64,000 bases of DNA from Lama glama (lineage: Eukaryota). The translations under genes and the position numbers were made by a program. Below, in pieces: positions 54,097-64,000 of this stretch. Within the stretch, counting starts at the first letter, position 1. Every line of letters starts with the position of its first letter. Location of the stretch: the NCBI GenBank assembly GCA_028534125.1, contig CM052816.1:48424001-48488000 (forward strand), given 5' to 3'. The notes under the pieces are model-generated. The model saw only the letters and a program-made list of their open reading frames with translations. It did not search any database and was not told where the DNA came from.

Positions 54097-54984
54097 CTAG
54101 AGAGTTCCTTTAGCATTTGTTGTAAAGCTGGTTTGGTGGTGCTGAATTCTTTCAGTTTTTGCTTATCTGTGAAGCTTTTGAGTTCTCCATTGAATCTGCA
54201 TGAAAGCCTTGCTGGGTAGAGTATTCTTGTTTACAGTTTCTTCCCTTTCATCATTTAAAATATATCATGTGACTCCCTTCTGACCTGCAGGTTTTCTGCT
54301 GAGAAGTCAGCTGATAACTTTACAGGAGTTCCCTTGTATGTTATCTGTTGCTTTCCTTTTGCTGATTTTAGTATTTTCTTCTTACCTTTAATTTTTGTCA
54401 ATTTGATTACTATATGCCTTGGAATATTCTTCTTTGAATTAATCCTGGATGGGACTCTCTGGACTTCCTGGACTTGGGTGACTGTTTCCTTTCCCAAGTT
54501 GGGAATTTTTTAGCTATTACCTCTTCAAATATTTTCTCAGGCCCTTTCCTTCTCTCTTCTCTTTGTGAGATTCCTATAATGTGATTATTAGTGCACTTCA
54601 TGTTGTCCCAGGGGTCTCTCAAACTATCCTCTTTCTTTTTTCTTACTTTTTTCTTTTTTCCGTTCTTTGGTAGTGTTTTCTACTGCTCTGTTTTCTAGCT
54701 CACTGATCCATTCTTCTATCTCATTTAGTCTACTCTTGGCTCCTCTAGTGTATTATTCATTTCAGTAATTACCTTCCTCAACTCTGGTTGTTCTTTATAC
54801 TTTCTAATTCTTTGATAAAATCTTGGCTTTGTTCATTTAGTTTCCTCCCAAGTTCTCTGATCATCTTCACAATCATTACTGTGAACTCTTTCTTGGGTAG
54901 ATTGCCTATCTCGTCATCACTTATTTCTACTTCTGGAATTTTATCTTGTGCCTCTGCCTGGGACTTATTCCTCTGCCTCCTCAT
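54097..54984 (-). pseudogene. L1 ORF1 (coiled-coil/RRM/CTD RNA-binding protein), disrupted
   Basis: MRRQRNKSQ...LPKKEF.VMIVKM; 'RDPWDNMK.TN..IIGI...KGPEKIFEEVIA'; 'QVQEVQRVP.RIN...PRHIVIKL...ITYKGTPVKLSADFSAE'; 'KSFTDKQKLKEFSTTKPALQQMLKEL'. Confidence 0.93.
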
Positions 54985-56083
54985 TTTGTCTAAATTTCTA
55001 TTTGTATTATTATATAAATTAGTTAAGTTTCTCAACCTGGGAGACGTGGCCCTCTGTATGCGATGTCCTATGCACCCAAATAATGCACTCCCTGCTTGTC
55101 ACCCAAGGGCCAGGGTCCAGCTGATTCCAGGATAGGGTCTGGCCTGCATTTGTGAACACCTTCCACAGGCTATAGGATTATTGTCTTATTTTTTAACTTC
55201 TGGTGTTCCCCTCCTGGTGGGTGAGGCTGGACTAGAAACTTGTGCAAGTTTCCTGGTAAGAGGGGTCAGTGTCTGCCCACTGCTGGGTGGAGCTATGTCT
55301 TGGCCATCTGGTGGGCAGGGCCATGTTCAGGGATGTGTCTAGAGGCTGCTGTGGGCTCAGAAAGTCTGCTGATGGGTAAGGCTATGTTCCCACTCAGTAT
55401 GTTCTTTGGCTTGAGGCTTCCCAGCACTTAAGCCTACAGGCTGTTTGGGGGCCAGGTTTGGGCACTAATGATCCAAGCAAGATGTCAGCCTCCAGGAAAG
55501 CTCATGTAGATGAATTCTTTTCAAATGTCTGCCCCCTGCTTTTACGTCCCCAGGGTGATCCACTGCCACCACCCACCTCTCCAGGAGACCTTCCAAAACT
55601 ATCAGGCAGGTCTGACCCATGTTTCTATCAAATCACTGTCTCTGCCCTTGGTCTGGACACATGCAAGATTGTATGTGTACTTCTCAAGAGAGTAGAATCT
55701 CTGTTTCCCCTAGTCCTGTAAAGCTTCTTCAATTAAGCTCCGCTGGCCTTCAAAACCAAATGCTCTGGGGGCTCCTCCTCCCCATACCGGAACCCTGTGC
55801 TGGGTAGCCTGACATGGGGCTCAGAAATCTCAATCCTGTGAGAGGACCTCTGCAATATAATTTTTCTCCAGCTTGTGCATCTCCTACTCGGTTAGTATGG
55901 GGCTCAATTATATCATGAGCATGCCCCTCCTACAGTCCCACTGTGGTTCCCTCTTTATGTTTCCAGTTGAAGAAGATATTTTTTGGTAGGTCGCAGTCTT
56001 TTTTTTTATCAATGTTTATTTAGCAGTCTGTTGTGGTTTTGTTGTAATGTTGAGAGGAGGTGAGCTCCTGGTCTTGCCACTCT

Positions 56084-56092
56084 GCCATCTTG
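56084..56092 (-). promoter_or_regulatory. YY1-type motif at the L1 5' terminus (internal promoter initiation element)
   Basis: gccatcttg (reverse complement CAAGATGGC), 10 bp from the L1 5' end, the position where mammalian L1s carry their YY1 site. Confidence 0.7.
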
Positions 56093-57369
56093 ACCGGAAA
56101 CCAAGTTAAACCTATCTTGATCACAGTCAACCCTCATTTAGTTTCTGCATGAATTTGAAGTTGAGGACATCTTGGTAAGTTGCACTCTGGTCATTATGGT
56201 CTACATATATAGTTTCTCATATTCTAGAGATCCATGCTCAAAGACATAATATTCTGTTTAACATACTGACAATGCAATATTAGAAGAAAATGATGACTGA
56301 AAAAAATTTTTTCATTAATGAAAGGGAAGAATGAGAAATATATGACAGCCAGTGGTGGCAACTCCTACCAACTCATGGTACAGAGAAAAAAATGAGAATT
56401 CTCTATGTCTGTGATAGATACCTCCCACTTTCCCCATTTCCCACTCCCTAAAATTGCAACCCTGTTTTTGCCATCTAGGAATCTCTATTATTCATTATCC
56501 TTGGCTACTGCTTGTGACATTGGAATAATCTTTCTTATCATTTTTCTCCCTTGGCCATATGAGATGAACTTTGAATAGAATGCCTTTCCTGGTAACTCCT
56601 CAGCTTTTGTGGTAGATGATGAAGTGTTGTAAGTTATTGCAGTACAGAAATGCTGTTATTTTTGTAAAATATTTCTTTTGAAAACCTTGTTTTAAGGATA
56701 CTTTCTTCCAGTCAGTTACTGTAAAAGTAACCATAGCTAAGGAGTTTGTTTGAACATAGTCTTTAAAGTTCTTGTCTTTTAACTTACTGGCCTCTTTGTT
56801 CTATCTATGCCCCTTACCCTTCTTATAATGGCTGTTGCCCTGAGGCAGTTTGAAATGATAGCCTTAGGTGAAGAGGCACCATCCTGAATCCTCCCTTTGC
56901 CACCAGCTGTCTAATTTTTTTCCATCTTATCTCCTGCTGTGGCAGCTATTTTCTTGCTTCTTGGACTAGTTGCAATTTGGGGTATACATACTGTCTTTTC
57001 AAACCCAGCAGGCCCACAAATTATGGGACTCTAAATCACTTAGATTGCAGGCCACATGTGGAGAGCATATCTCTTAGCAAAGCATTATTTTCTTCTCTGC
57101 TTTAGACTGCTTTCAAAACTTTGGCTTCACACCTCTTTTTGGATACTTGCTGAAAACAGCTAGAGCTAACCACTAATATTCTGAATGTTCCTTCTACTTG
57201 TGCTAATATCATAGTCTTAATGCCACAGATTCTCTGTTCATCTCAAGGATTAGCAACCTATGTTTTTACTTACTGTTTTCTCTGATACATGTTCATGCCT
57301 AACATTTGTATATTTACATGATCGCTGTATCTGTGCTCTTGGCATCAGTCTGCATTCAAGGCTGGAGTA

Positions 57370-57620
57370 AGTTGAGAAGGAGACAATTACAGCAACACCT
57401 GTTCATTTTATCAGAACAGCAAAATATTTTTTAGCGTCCATCTCAGAGACATCTGCTGATGTCTCTGTGGTCAGAACTTGTGCACATGGACACACTTAGC
57501 AGCAAGGAAGATGAAAAGAGCTAGCATATTGCATTTCTGGCCTCTGAAGTAAAAGTGGGCAAGCATGAAAGGGATTGGAGATGAGTAGTGGGGAAGTCTA
57601 ATAAAAAGTATATCACAGAT
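57370..57620 (-). mobile_element. Old MaLR LTR fragment (MLT1K/L-like)
   Basis: 'gacatctgctgatgtctctgtggtcagaacttgtgcacatggacacacttagcagcaaggaagatgaaaa'. Confidence 0.55.
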
Positions 57621-58427
57621 GAATACTAAATTCTCTTAATTTATTCTTTATTTCTTAATAATAAAGATATAATACCCTTAATTTGCTCTAAATATGACAT
57701 TCACTGTTCATTAGTTTTAATACGAAGTATGGTCATTTTTAAACCCTGCTAGATGATTTTTATTTCTCTTTTGAGTCCATTTCAGTGATCTGGAGGATTA
57801 ATAATTATAGTGTTACTTAATTTCCATAGAATTCACATCATCTTTTTGTCACTGTTTTGGAAATAACACAGTGTTCAAAAACTGTGGCCTGAAAATTTTG
57901 TTTCTGATGGTGATAGTGATGGCAATAGTAATTACAGTTGTTCTTTGTGTCCAAGAATATGCAATATTTTTGCCAAAGTAAACATATAAATGTGTGTGTA
58001 TGTACATATATATGCATATACATATATAAAAATATTGTACTGAGCAATAGTTTGACTTGTATTTATTAAATCAAATGTACTCACTTTGTTACTCAATTCC
58101 TTTGTGCTCTTATTTTTTTTTCAATGAGATCTGCAAAATTTTCCCTGAATTTTTAATGTACTTTGATTTATATATTTAATGGCTGTGTTTTTTGTAAGGT
58201 CTTTGTCTTGTTGACTTGTTATTTGATTAGAGTCTTTTTTATCAGTGTTTTTGTGGATAACATATGCTGTTCCTAGACTTCCTGAATTCTTGCATTTTTG
58301 CGAGAGCTTTTCTTTACCTTTATTTGCATATGTTGTCTTGGGTTACAACTATGGTATTACAATTCTTTTTTTTTTCTGTAAATGTTTATCTCCTAATTTT
58401 AAGTTATGCTTGAAAATTCTAAAGTCA

Positions 58428-58560
58428 GTACTATTATTATTTCCAATTTACACATGAGGAAATGAGGTCTAAAAAAGGCACTATCTTACCCAAGTTACAA
58501 GATATGACCAAACATAATTCCTCAGAGATCCCATAGTCCACACTTTTAACTACTGTGTTC
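58428..58560 (-). mobile_element. MIR relic
   Basis: 'tactattattatttccaatttacacatgaggaaatgaggtct...cttacccaagttaca'. Confidence 0.7.
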
Positions 58561-58694
58561 TCTTTCAACTTTGTTGACTAGAGAAGTAGGTAGGGACCCT
58601 GTAAGTTGAAAGAAAGGTGGGAAGTGTCAGCTTCTTTCTGACTTGAGCCTTTATTATTATTATTTATTTTTTTTCTGTCTAGAGTCTTAGATCC

Positions 58695-58927
58695 TCTCTT
58701 GGCCAATCTCCTCATTATTGTCCAGATCTCAGCTTACGTGTTTCTTTTCAGAGATATCTTCCTGGAGCTTAAAATCTAAATAAAATAACTACCAAACAGT
58801 ATGCACTAATCTATTTGTTTACATCTATTTATTTATCAATTTTATTTATATACTTAACTATCACATTAGGGCACAAATTCCATGAGAATAAAAACTTTAT
58901 CTTCCTAGTTCTTTGTTCTATTCCTAT
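58695..58927 (+). mobile_element. LINE-2 3' relic, split by an LTR; its tail resumes at ~59613-59665
   Basis: 'ccagatctcagcttacgtgtttcttttcagagatatcttcctg...cacattagggcacaaattccatgagaata...ttctttgttctattcc', then after the LTR 'gcaagaccaagcacatggtatttaattttaaatttgttgaataa'. Confidence 0.6.
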
Positions 58928-59612
58928 TGTATAGCAAAGAATATGTTTGTTTTTTATCCCCAGTTCCTGGCATGGAACTTCTAAAACTGTTTCAGTTTCT
59001 AAAGTACTATGAGTATTTTATTATTCATGAGCCCTTTGGATCACATTTGAGTTTCTGCTAAAAAGGTGGCTCTGAAAGTGTGACACACCTTGATTCCACT
59101 GGGAGAGGCCTTGAAAGCTCTGTGCTCTAGGCCCTCCCAGATTTTGCCCTATGTGTGTCTTTATTTGACTGGTCTAATCTATATCCTTTATAATAAAACT
59201 GTAATGGTATTAGGCTTCCCTGAGATCTGTGTGTCACTCTAGCAAATATCAGACCTGCGGGGAGTTGTGAGAAATCTCAGACTTGTAATTCTTCAAGTTA
59301 CAATTTTAAGTTGTTAACATGTGTTTGAAGCATTTAGGATGCAAGGAAATCTAGATTGTAGGCAATTGTGAGTTTATCTAATTTGGTAGTTGAAGGGAAG
59401 GAGAGCTACTACTTAGGGAGTTGTTGGCAACTCAAATTTGTACCCATTTAGTGAGAAATGCAGATGGCCTGGGAACCCCTTTTATGGCTAGCATCTGAAA
59501 TAAAGGCAGTCTCGTATGGGACTAAGCCCTTAAATTTAGGTGTCTACTCTAACTCTGGGTAACTAGTGTCAGAATTGAACTGTTATATAAATTGGTGCAA
59601 AACTAATCAACA
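58928..59612 (+). mobile_element. MER21-like solo LTR
   Basis: 'tatccccagttcctggcatggaacttctaaaac', 'gagccctttggatcacatttgagtt', 'ccctcccagattttgccctatgtg', 'atcctttataataaaactgtaa', 'gcatctgaaataaaggcagtct', 'tagtgtcagaattgaa'. Confidence 0.8.
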
Positions 59613-61480
59613 TTCTGAGCAAGACCAAGCACATGGTATTTAATTTTAAATTTGTTGAATAATTAAGAAATACTGTAATAAACCAGACAAGTTTCTTAGC
59701 CCATGGGTTTATTTCCAACTAATATCTTTGATTATCAGGCCCTGTTGTGGTCTGTAACAGACCACATCTAGATGCCGTTTCCTGTGCATAAATTGCATCT
59801 TACTATAAATCAGGAAAGTCGTGTTTTGATTGTTGATACCTTTTATCTAGATATGTTAGTCCGTTGCCTCTTCCTTTCCTGCTTTCTCCTATCATCACTA
59901 ATAGTGTTAAACTACACTAAATTTTGGACTTTTTTGCTCTCTCTTTCACAACAATGCTAAGCAGTAGGTCCCCTTGCCTTCAAATACCAAATTAGATATA
60001 CTCATAATTCCCTATAATCCATGCTTCCTTGCACCCTATATGCTTCAAATATATGCCAACACAGCTTAAAATTATAATTCGAGGAATTTTTCAGACACTT
60101 TCTTCAAGGAAGCCTCTTCCTCTAGTTCTTTCTCTTTCTCTTAGGCCTCTTTGTCAAAATGCAATTTGTTTTAAAAATGCGATTACCATCCATATTGCAC
60201 ATTCAAAGTAATATCATCTGTTGTTTTCACAAAGAAATCTAATGATTGCCAAGGAATTTCAAGCTATAATACAGAAAATACTGAGCTTACATTCTCCAGT
60301 GTGTATAATTACTTAACTAAGGAATGTTTTAGAAAACACTCATTTTTCTAGGCCATTAAGTGTATTGCTACTGCAGTGAGGGAAACAAAAGACAATTATG
60401 TTGTGTAAGAATTATATTCTTAGCCTAAAATATGTACATCAAATCACTGAATATGGTATAAAGATGTAGGTGCTTAGAAAAGCAGTGAAGAGTACTGTGT
60501 TCTTCAGTGATATCTAAGCCTTTGGGTATGTCTAGCAAAAGCATTAATTTCAGAAAATATACATATTCTTGTGAACAACTTATATCATGGTAAGAATTAA
60601 GATCTAAACCTGAACATAATTCTTTTGATTAGTATAATGTTCAACCTTCAGGTTTCAACAAAATAAAAGATATTGTTAATTTTCAAGATAACTACTGCTT
60701 TTTTGCTGCTCAAAGATAGGCTTATAGTTCAAACAATGATTAAATACTGTACTGACCTAGATTATCTCCCACTAGGACTCAGATAACTCATTTTACATAA
60801 TAACCACATAATGGTACATCATTATCTTTTACTTCATCTAAACAGCAAAATGTCACATGTTTTACCACCTGGATAGTCTGACAAAAATTTAGTGTAATTA
60901 CAAAATTAATTATAAAGATTAAAGTAATAAAAAATCAATATTTGTATTAGAGTTACCCAAGCTATTCTGAGCATAATAAGGATAAATAATGGTAGATAGG
61001 ATGTCTTCAGTGTCCCAATATTTTATTCATAGATATCATTACTTGCTTTATTTATTCTTTCTTTATGAATCACAATACTTGAAATCTTACTATTAAGCCA
61101 GGTTCACACAAATTCCTCTCTCTTGTGTCCTTGGAGTAGATAATAGTAAGCAAATATTTTGAAAATAGCTCTATTTTAGTAATATTAATTATAATGCCAA
61201 TATTTAATCTTAAGTATTTTAAACATTTAAAAGAGTGAAAAAGTATTTATCAGCACCTGATTAGGAATGTTGTGCAGTTCCTAGCATGAATTGAATCACA
61301 GAACTAATTTAGACTATGAAAGACTAGAAACCACACATGGATTAATAACCTTTGGGAGCTGATTTCTGAGAGGTTGAGGTATTTCCAGTGGAATTCTGTA
61401 TTATGGGGCAATGGGCAGAGTAGAAAGAGAATGAGAGTAGAGAAGAAATAAACAAGAGCAAAAACATTCAGCCTGGTCAC

Positions 61481-62010
61481 TGAGAATCAAAGTTACACGT
61501 TATATTTATATTAACATGATGTTATCTTCTCTGTCTTTGTTAACATGACTTTGCTATTTCTGTCTTTATTAGCATAACTTATTTTTCCAGGAATCTTCTA
61601 TCCTGCCAAATATTATGATTATTCTTTATGAGAACTTTCAGAAAGTCATATGAACCAAACCCCTAATGGAAAAAGTTAACAGGCAATTTACTCTGCCCTA
61701 AGAGTCTTTGAATTCCTCAAAATCATCTTCTTGCTGTTTCTATCAATCCTGGGCTTGTATCATAATCTTTACTCAATCTTAGTAATTCCCCTTCTTCCCT
61801 TAAAAAAACAAACAAACAAACAAAGAAACTGTTTTAAACCAAACTTTTAATCCTCAAAAAATTCTGACCTCACCTTCCCTTTACCTAGACACTGAATTTT
61901 TTTGAGGTATTTTTGTTTTGTTTTGTTTCACTTACCACAGTGAGTAATATACTCCATTTTGTCTTATCAATAGGTTGATTTTGTAATGTTTGGAAAGCCA
62001 ACTTTTGATG
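61481..62010 (+). mobile_element. Old ERV1-class solo LTR (MER110-like)
   Basis: Starts 'tgagaatcaaag' and repeats 'taacatga'. Also 'ataatctttactcaatct' and 'cttaccacagtgagtaatatactccattttgtcttatcaataggttg'. Confidence 0.5.
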
Positions 62011-62334
62011 ATAATATTGAATTTATCCATATTAGTAGAATTGCAAAATATCCTACAACACAAAAATTAAATTAAAGAAGGAAAATAGGGGGGAAAAAAA
62101 ACCTAAAGGAATAAGCTCAAAAGGAAAGAAAATAATGGGAAAAAACCAATCACAAAACTGATGGAAAGGATGAACAAATAGAAATATGAACCTTGTGTCA
62201 GAAAAAAAGTATCAAGATGATGAAAAAAGAAAGCAGATGCTTTAGAAATTTTCCTTGTGCAGAAGGATAATCCATCCATTTAGTAGGATGTGGCCAGAAG
62301 AATGGTATCTTCTACCAAAGTGACTCATTTGAAA

Positions 62335-62680
62335 TGAAAATCTGATCATGTTATTTTCTTTCTTTAAACTCTTCTATGAATTTTAATAAATTCTTAAGAT
62401 AAAACAAACAGAAATCCTTAATATAACTTGAATGATCTTGTCCTGTGTATATTTGACTTTATTTTTGAATACTGTTTCAATGATTTGATAATCATTCACT
62501 CAGCCTTTTTTTTCAGTTCCTTAATTTTCCAGTTACTTATCAAAATCATGTAATTTTGTATTTATTCATTTTGATATTAGTTTAATATGTTTCCCTTATT
62601 AGAAAACAAGTTTTTCTGAAGACAGATTTTACACTTTGTTCATCACCACAATAGTCAGTGCCAGTAAGTGACAGATATTT
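62335..62680 (+). mobile_element. LINE-2 relic
   Basis: 'aaaatctgatcatgttattttctttctttaaactcttctatgaa...cttaagataaaa' and '...ctttgttcatcaccacaatagtcagtgcc'. Confidence 0.55.
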
Positions 62681-62749
62681 GACTCTTATTTCAAGCCAAA
62701 AAATCATACTCCAGTTATACTGGGATTGTATTATTTGGCTTTCAAGAGC

Positions 62750-62955
62750 TGGAAAAATTTATCAGTGATGATAGAAATTAGAAAATAATTCCCTTTTTCT
62801 GGATGGTGATTCAACTGAAATGGGGCACAGGAAACATTCTAGGTTAATGGCAATATGAGGTTATTGGTTACTTGGAAATATTCTTTGTCAGAACTCATCA
62901 GTTTTATAGTTAAGATCTGTGAATGTCACTGTATAAAAATTTACTTCACTAAACA
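62750..62955 (+). mobile_element. Old L1 (L1ME-like) 3' terminus
   Basis: 'gggcacaggaaacattctaggttaatggcaat...ttgtcagaactcatcag...ttaagatctgtgaatgtcactgtataaaaatttacttca'. Confidence 0.65.
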
Positions 62956-63439
62956 ATGCAGATATGACCAATGTCTTTCAAACAATGTGCCCTGAAACCT
63001 TAATATCACTGAAAACCACTTCAATTCTTATATTCTTTCATGCATTCAGAACATATTTATTATCTTCTTCACAGATAAGCACATGACATACCTAAGGAAA
63101 GCCTCTGCCTTTGTAGAGCACAGATCTAAAAGGGTCTGAAGTTGATTTTACTGGGGATGTGGGATGGGATGCTTCAGGTAGAAAATCTAAAATGACAAGA
63201 CACCTAACCCTCAACTACAATTCACCTTGAGCAAATAAGCAAAACCATAAGCTTTCTAGGAATAGCCATGTAGGAGACCAGGCAGCATGAAAACTGCTCT
63301 GTGTTCAAGTTAAAATTTTGAAATAATTAAATGCATAAAATATGTTTTGTTTTCTCAAGACAAAAATGATTTTTTAAAAAGTTACTGAAAACTAGACAAA
63401 CCACTGTAATTTAATTTTTAGTCTAGCACATGTACTTTC

Positions 63440-63484
63440 TTTTTTCTTTCTTTCTTTTTTTTTTAAATTGAAGTATAGATAATT
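63440..63484 (-). mobile_element. 45-bp L1 micro-insertion (tail plus ~20 nt of 3' end) with 16-bp TSD
   Basis: A T/(TTTC) tail followed by 'aaattgaagtatagataatt'. Flanked by tagcacatgtactttc (63424-63439) and tagcacatgtattttc (63485-63500). Confidence 0.85.
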
Positions 63485-64000
63485 TAGCACATGTATTTTC
63501 AATCTTGGTCCAATAAGTAAAGTATATTTTCCTCAACCAACACTTTTTCCCCTTCCAGAACTTATTCTATGTTCTAGACTTATTGAATTATTGAAATTTG
63601 CAATTTTCCATTTCTCACCTCAAGAGGTTAGGGAGGTAAAGAATAGAAAGAGGGAAGGAGTGATACAGAGAAGAACTTGCAAGTGTGAAAGTGCAAAATA
63701 AATTTGACTTTATAATCTTACATATATATTTAATATATATATATTAAATAGTAAATACATATATTTATATATTACTAAGAACCTAATACCACAGTCTTAC
63801 GTTTGTGAAGGCAAATATCCCAGACATTAAAGTTACACTAAAACTGATGAATTGATAGTGACAAAAAATTGATTTATGCTATGGATGATTGCATTCTTTT
63901 GATAAATAATTATTACATAAACAAAAATAATTTTTGTTATGTTAGGACTTTCAACATTGCTATTTTTTCATAAAACATTATATATGTTATCAGAAATTAT

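Larger units (their letters stand above)
49456..56102 (-). mobile_element. Full-length (~6.65 kb) inactivated LINE-1 with TSD
   Basis: The 5' end reads GGTTTCCGGTCAAGATGGCAGAG on the minus strand. It has a ~1.1 kb GC-richer 5'UTR, ORF1 and ORF2 homologies, a G-rich 3'UTR and poly(T) at 49456-49465 on the + strand. TSD aagttaaacccat (49443-49455) / aagttaaacctat (56103-56115). Confidence 0.97.

Noticed and set aside
54788..55807. Antisense ORFs in the L1 5'UTR/ORF1 as an ORF0 analogue
   Set aside because: They are short and overlap in several frames, as expected in GC-richer DNA. ORF0 is described in primate L1s, and I recognised no similarity.
1..64000. A novel biological system (CRISPR-like array, operon, endogenous viral gene, domesticated transposase)
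   Set aside because: I saw no regularly spaced repeat-spacer array and no long ORF (maximum 141 aa, antisense to L1 RT). I recognised no viral or transposase peptide. A sensitive translated search (tBLASTx/HMMER) could still reveal very decayed relics I cannot see.

Overview
AT-rich mammalian intergenic or intronic DNA made largely of interspersed repeats. I found no host protein-coding exon, RNA gene or undescribed biological system. Every recognisable translated ORF is a decayed LINE-1 ORF1/ORF2 fragment; the rest look like chance ORFs. Two tRNA-Ala(AGC)-derived SINEs resemble the camelid Vic-1 family, which suggests a camel/alpaca-type genome (inference). The main element is a full-length but inactivated ~6.65 kb LINE-1 on the minus strand (49456-56102). 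It has a YY1-type 5' end, ORF1, a ~475 bp spacer, ORF2 (EN/RT with FADD), a 3'UTR and poly(A). Its target-site duplication (TSD) shows it split an older MER31-like LTR. Also present: a ~4 kb older L1 carrying a nested SINE and a nested L1 tail, several short L1 3' stubs with readable TSDs, MaLR/ERV LTRs, DNA-transposon MITEs, MIR and L2 relics, and a recent ~120 bp tandem duplication. Repeat subfamily names come from my recall of consensus sequences and need Dfam/RepeatMasker confirmation. Boundaries of old elements are approximate.
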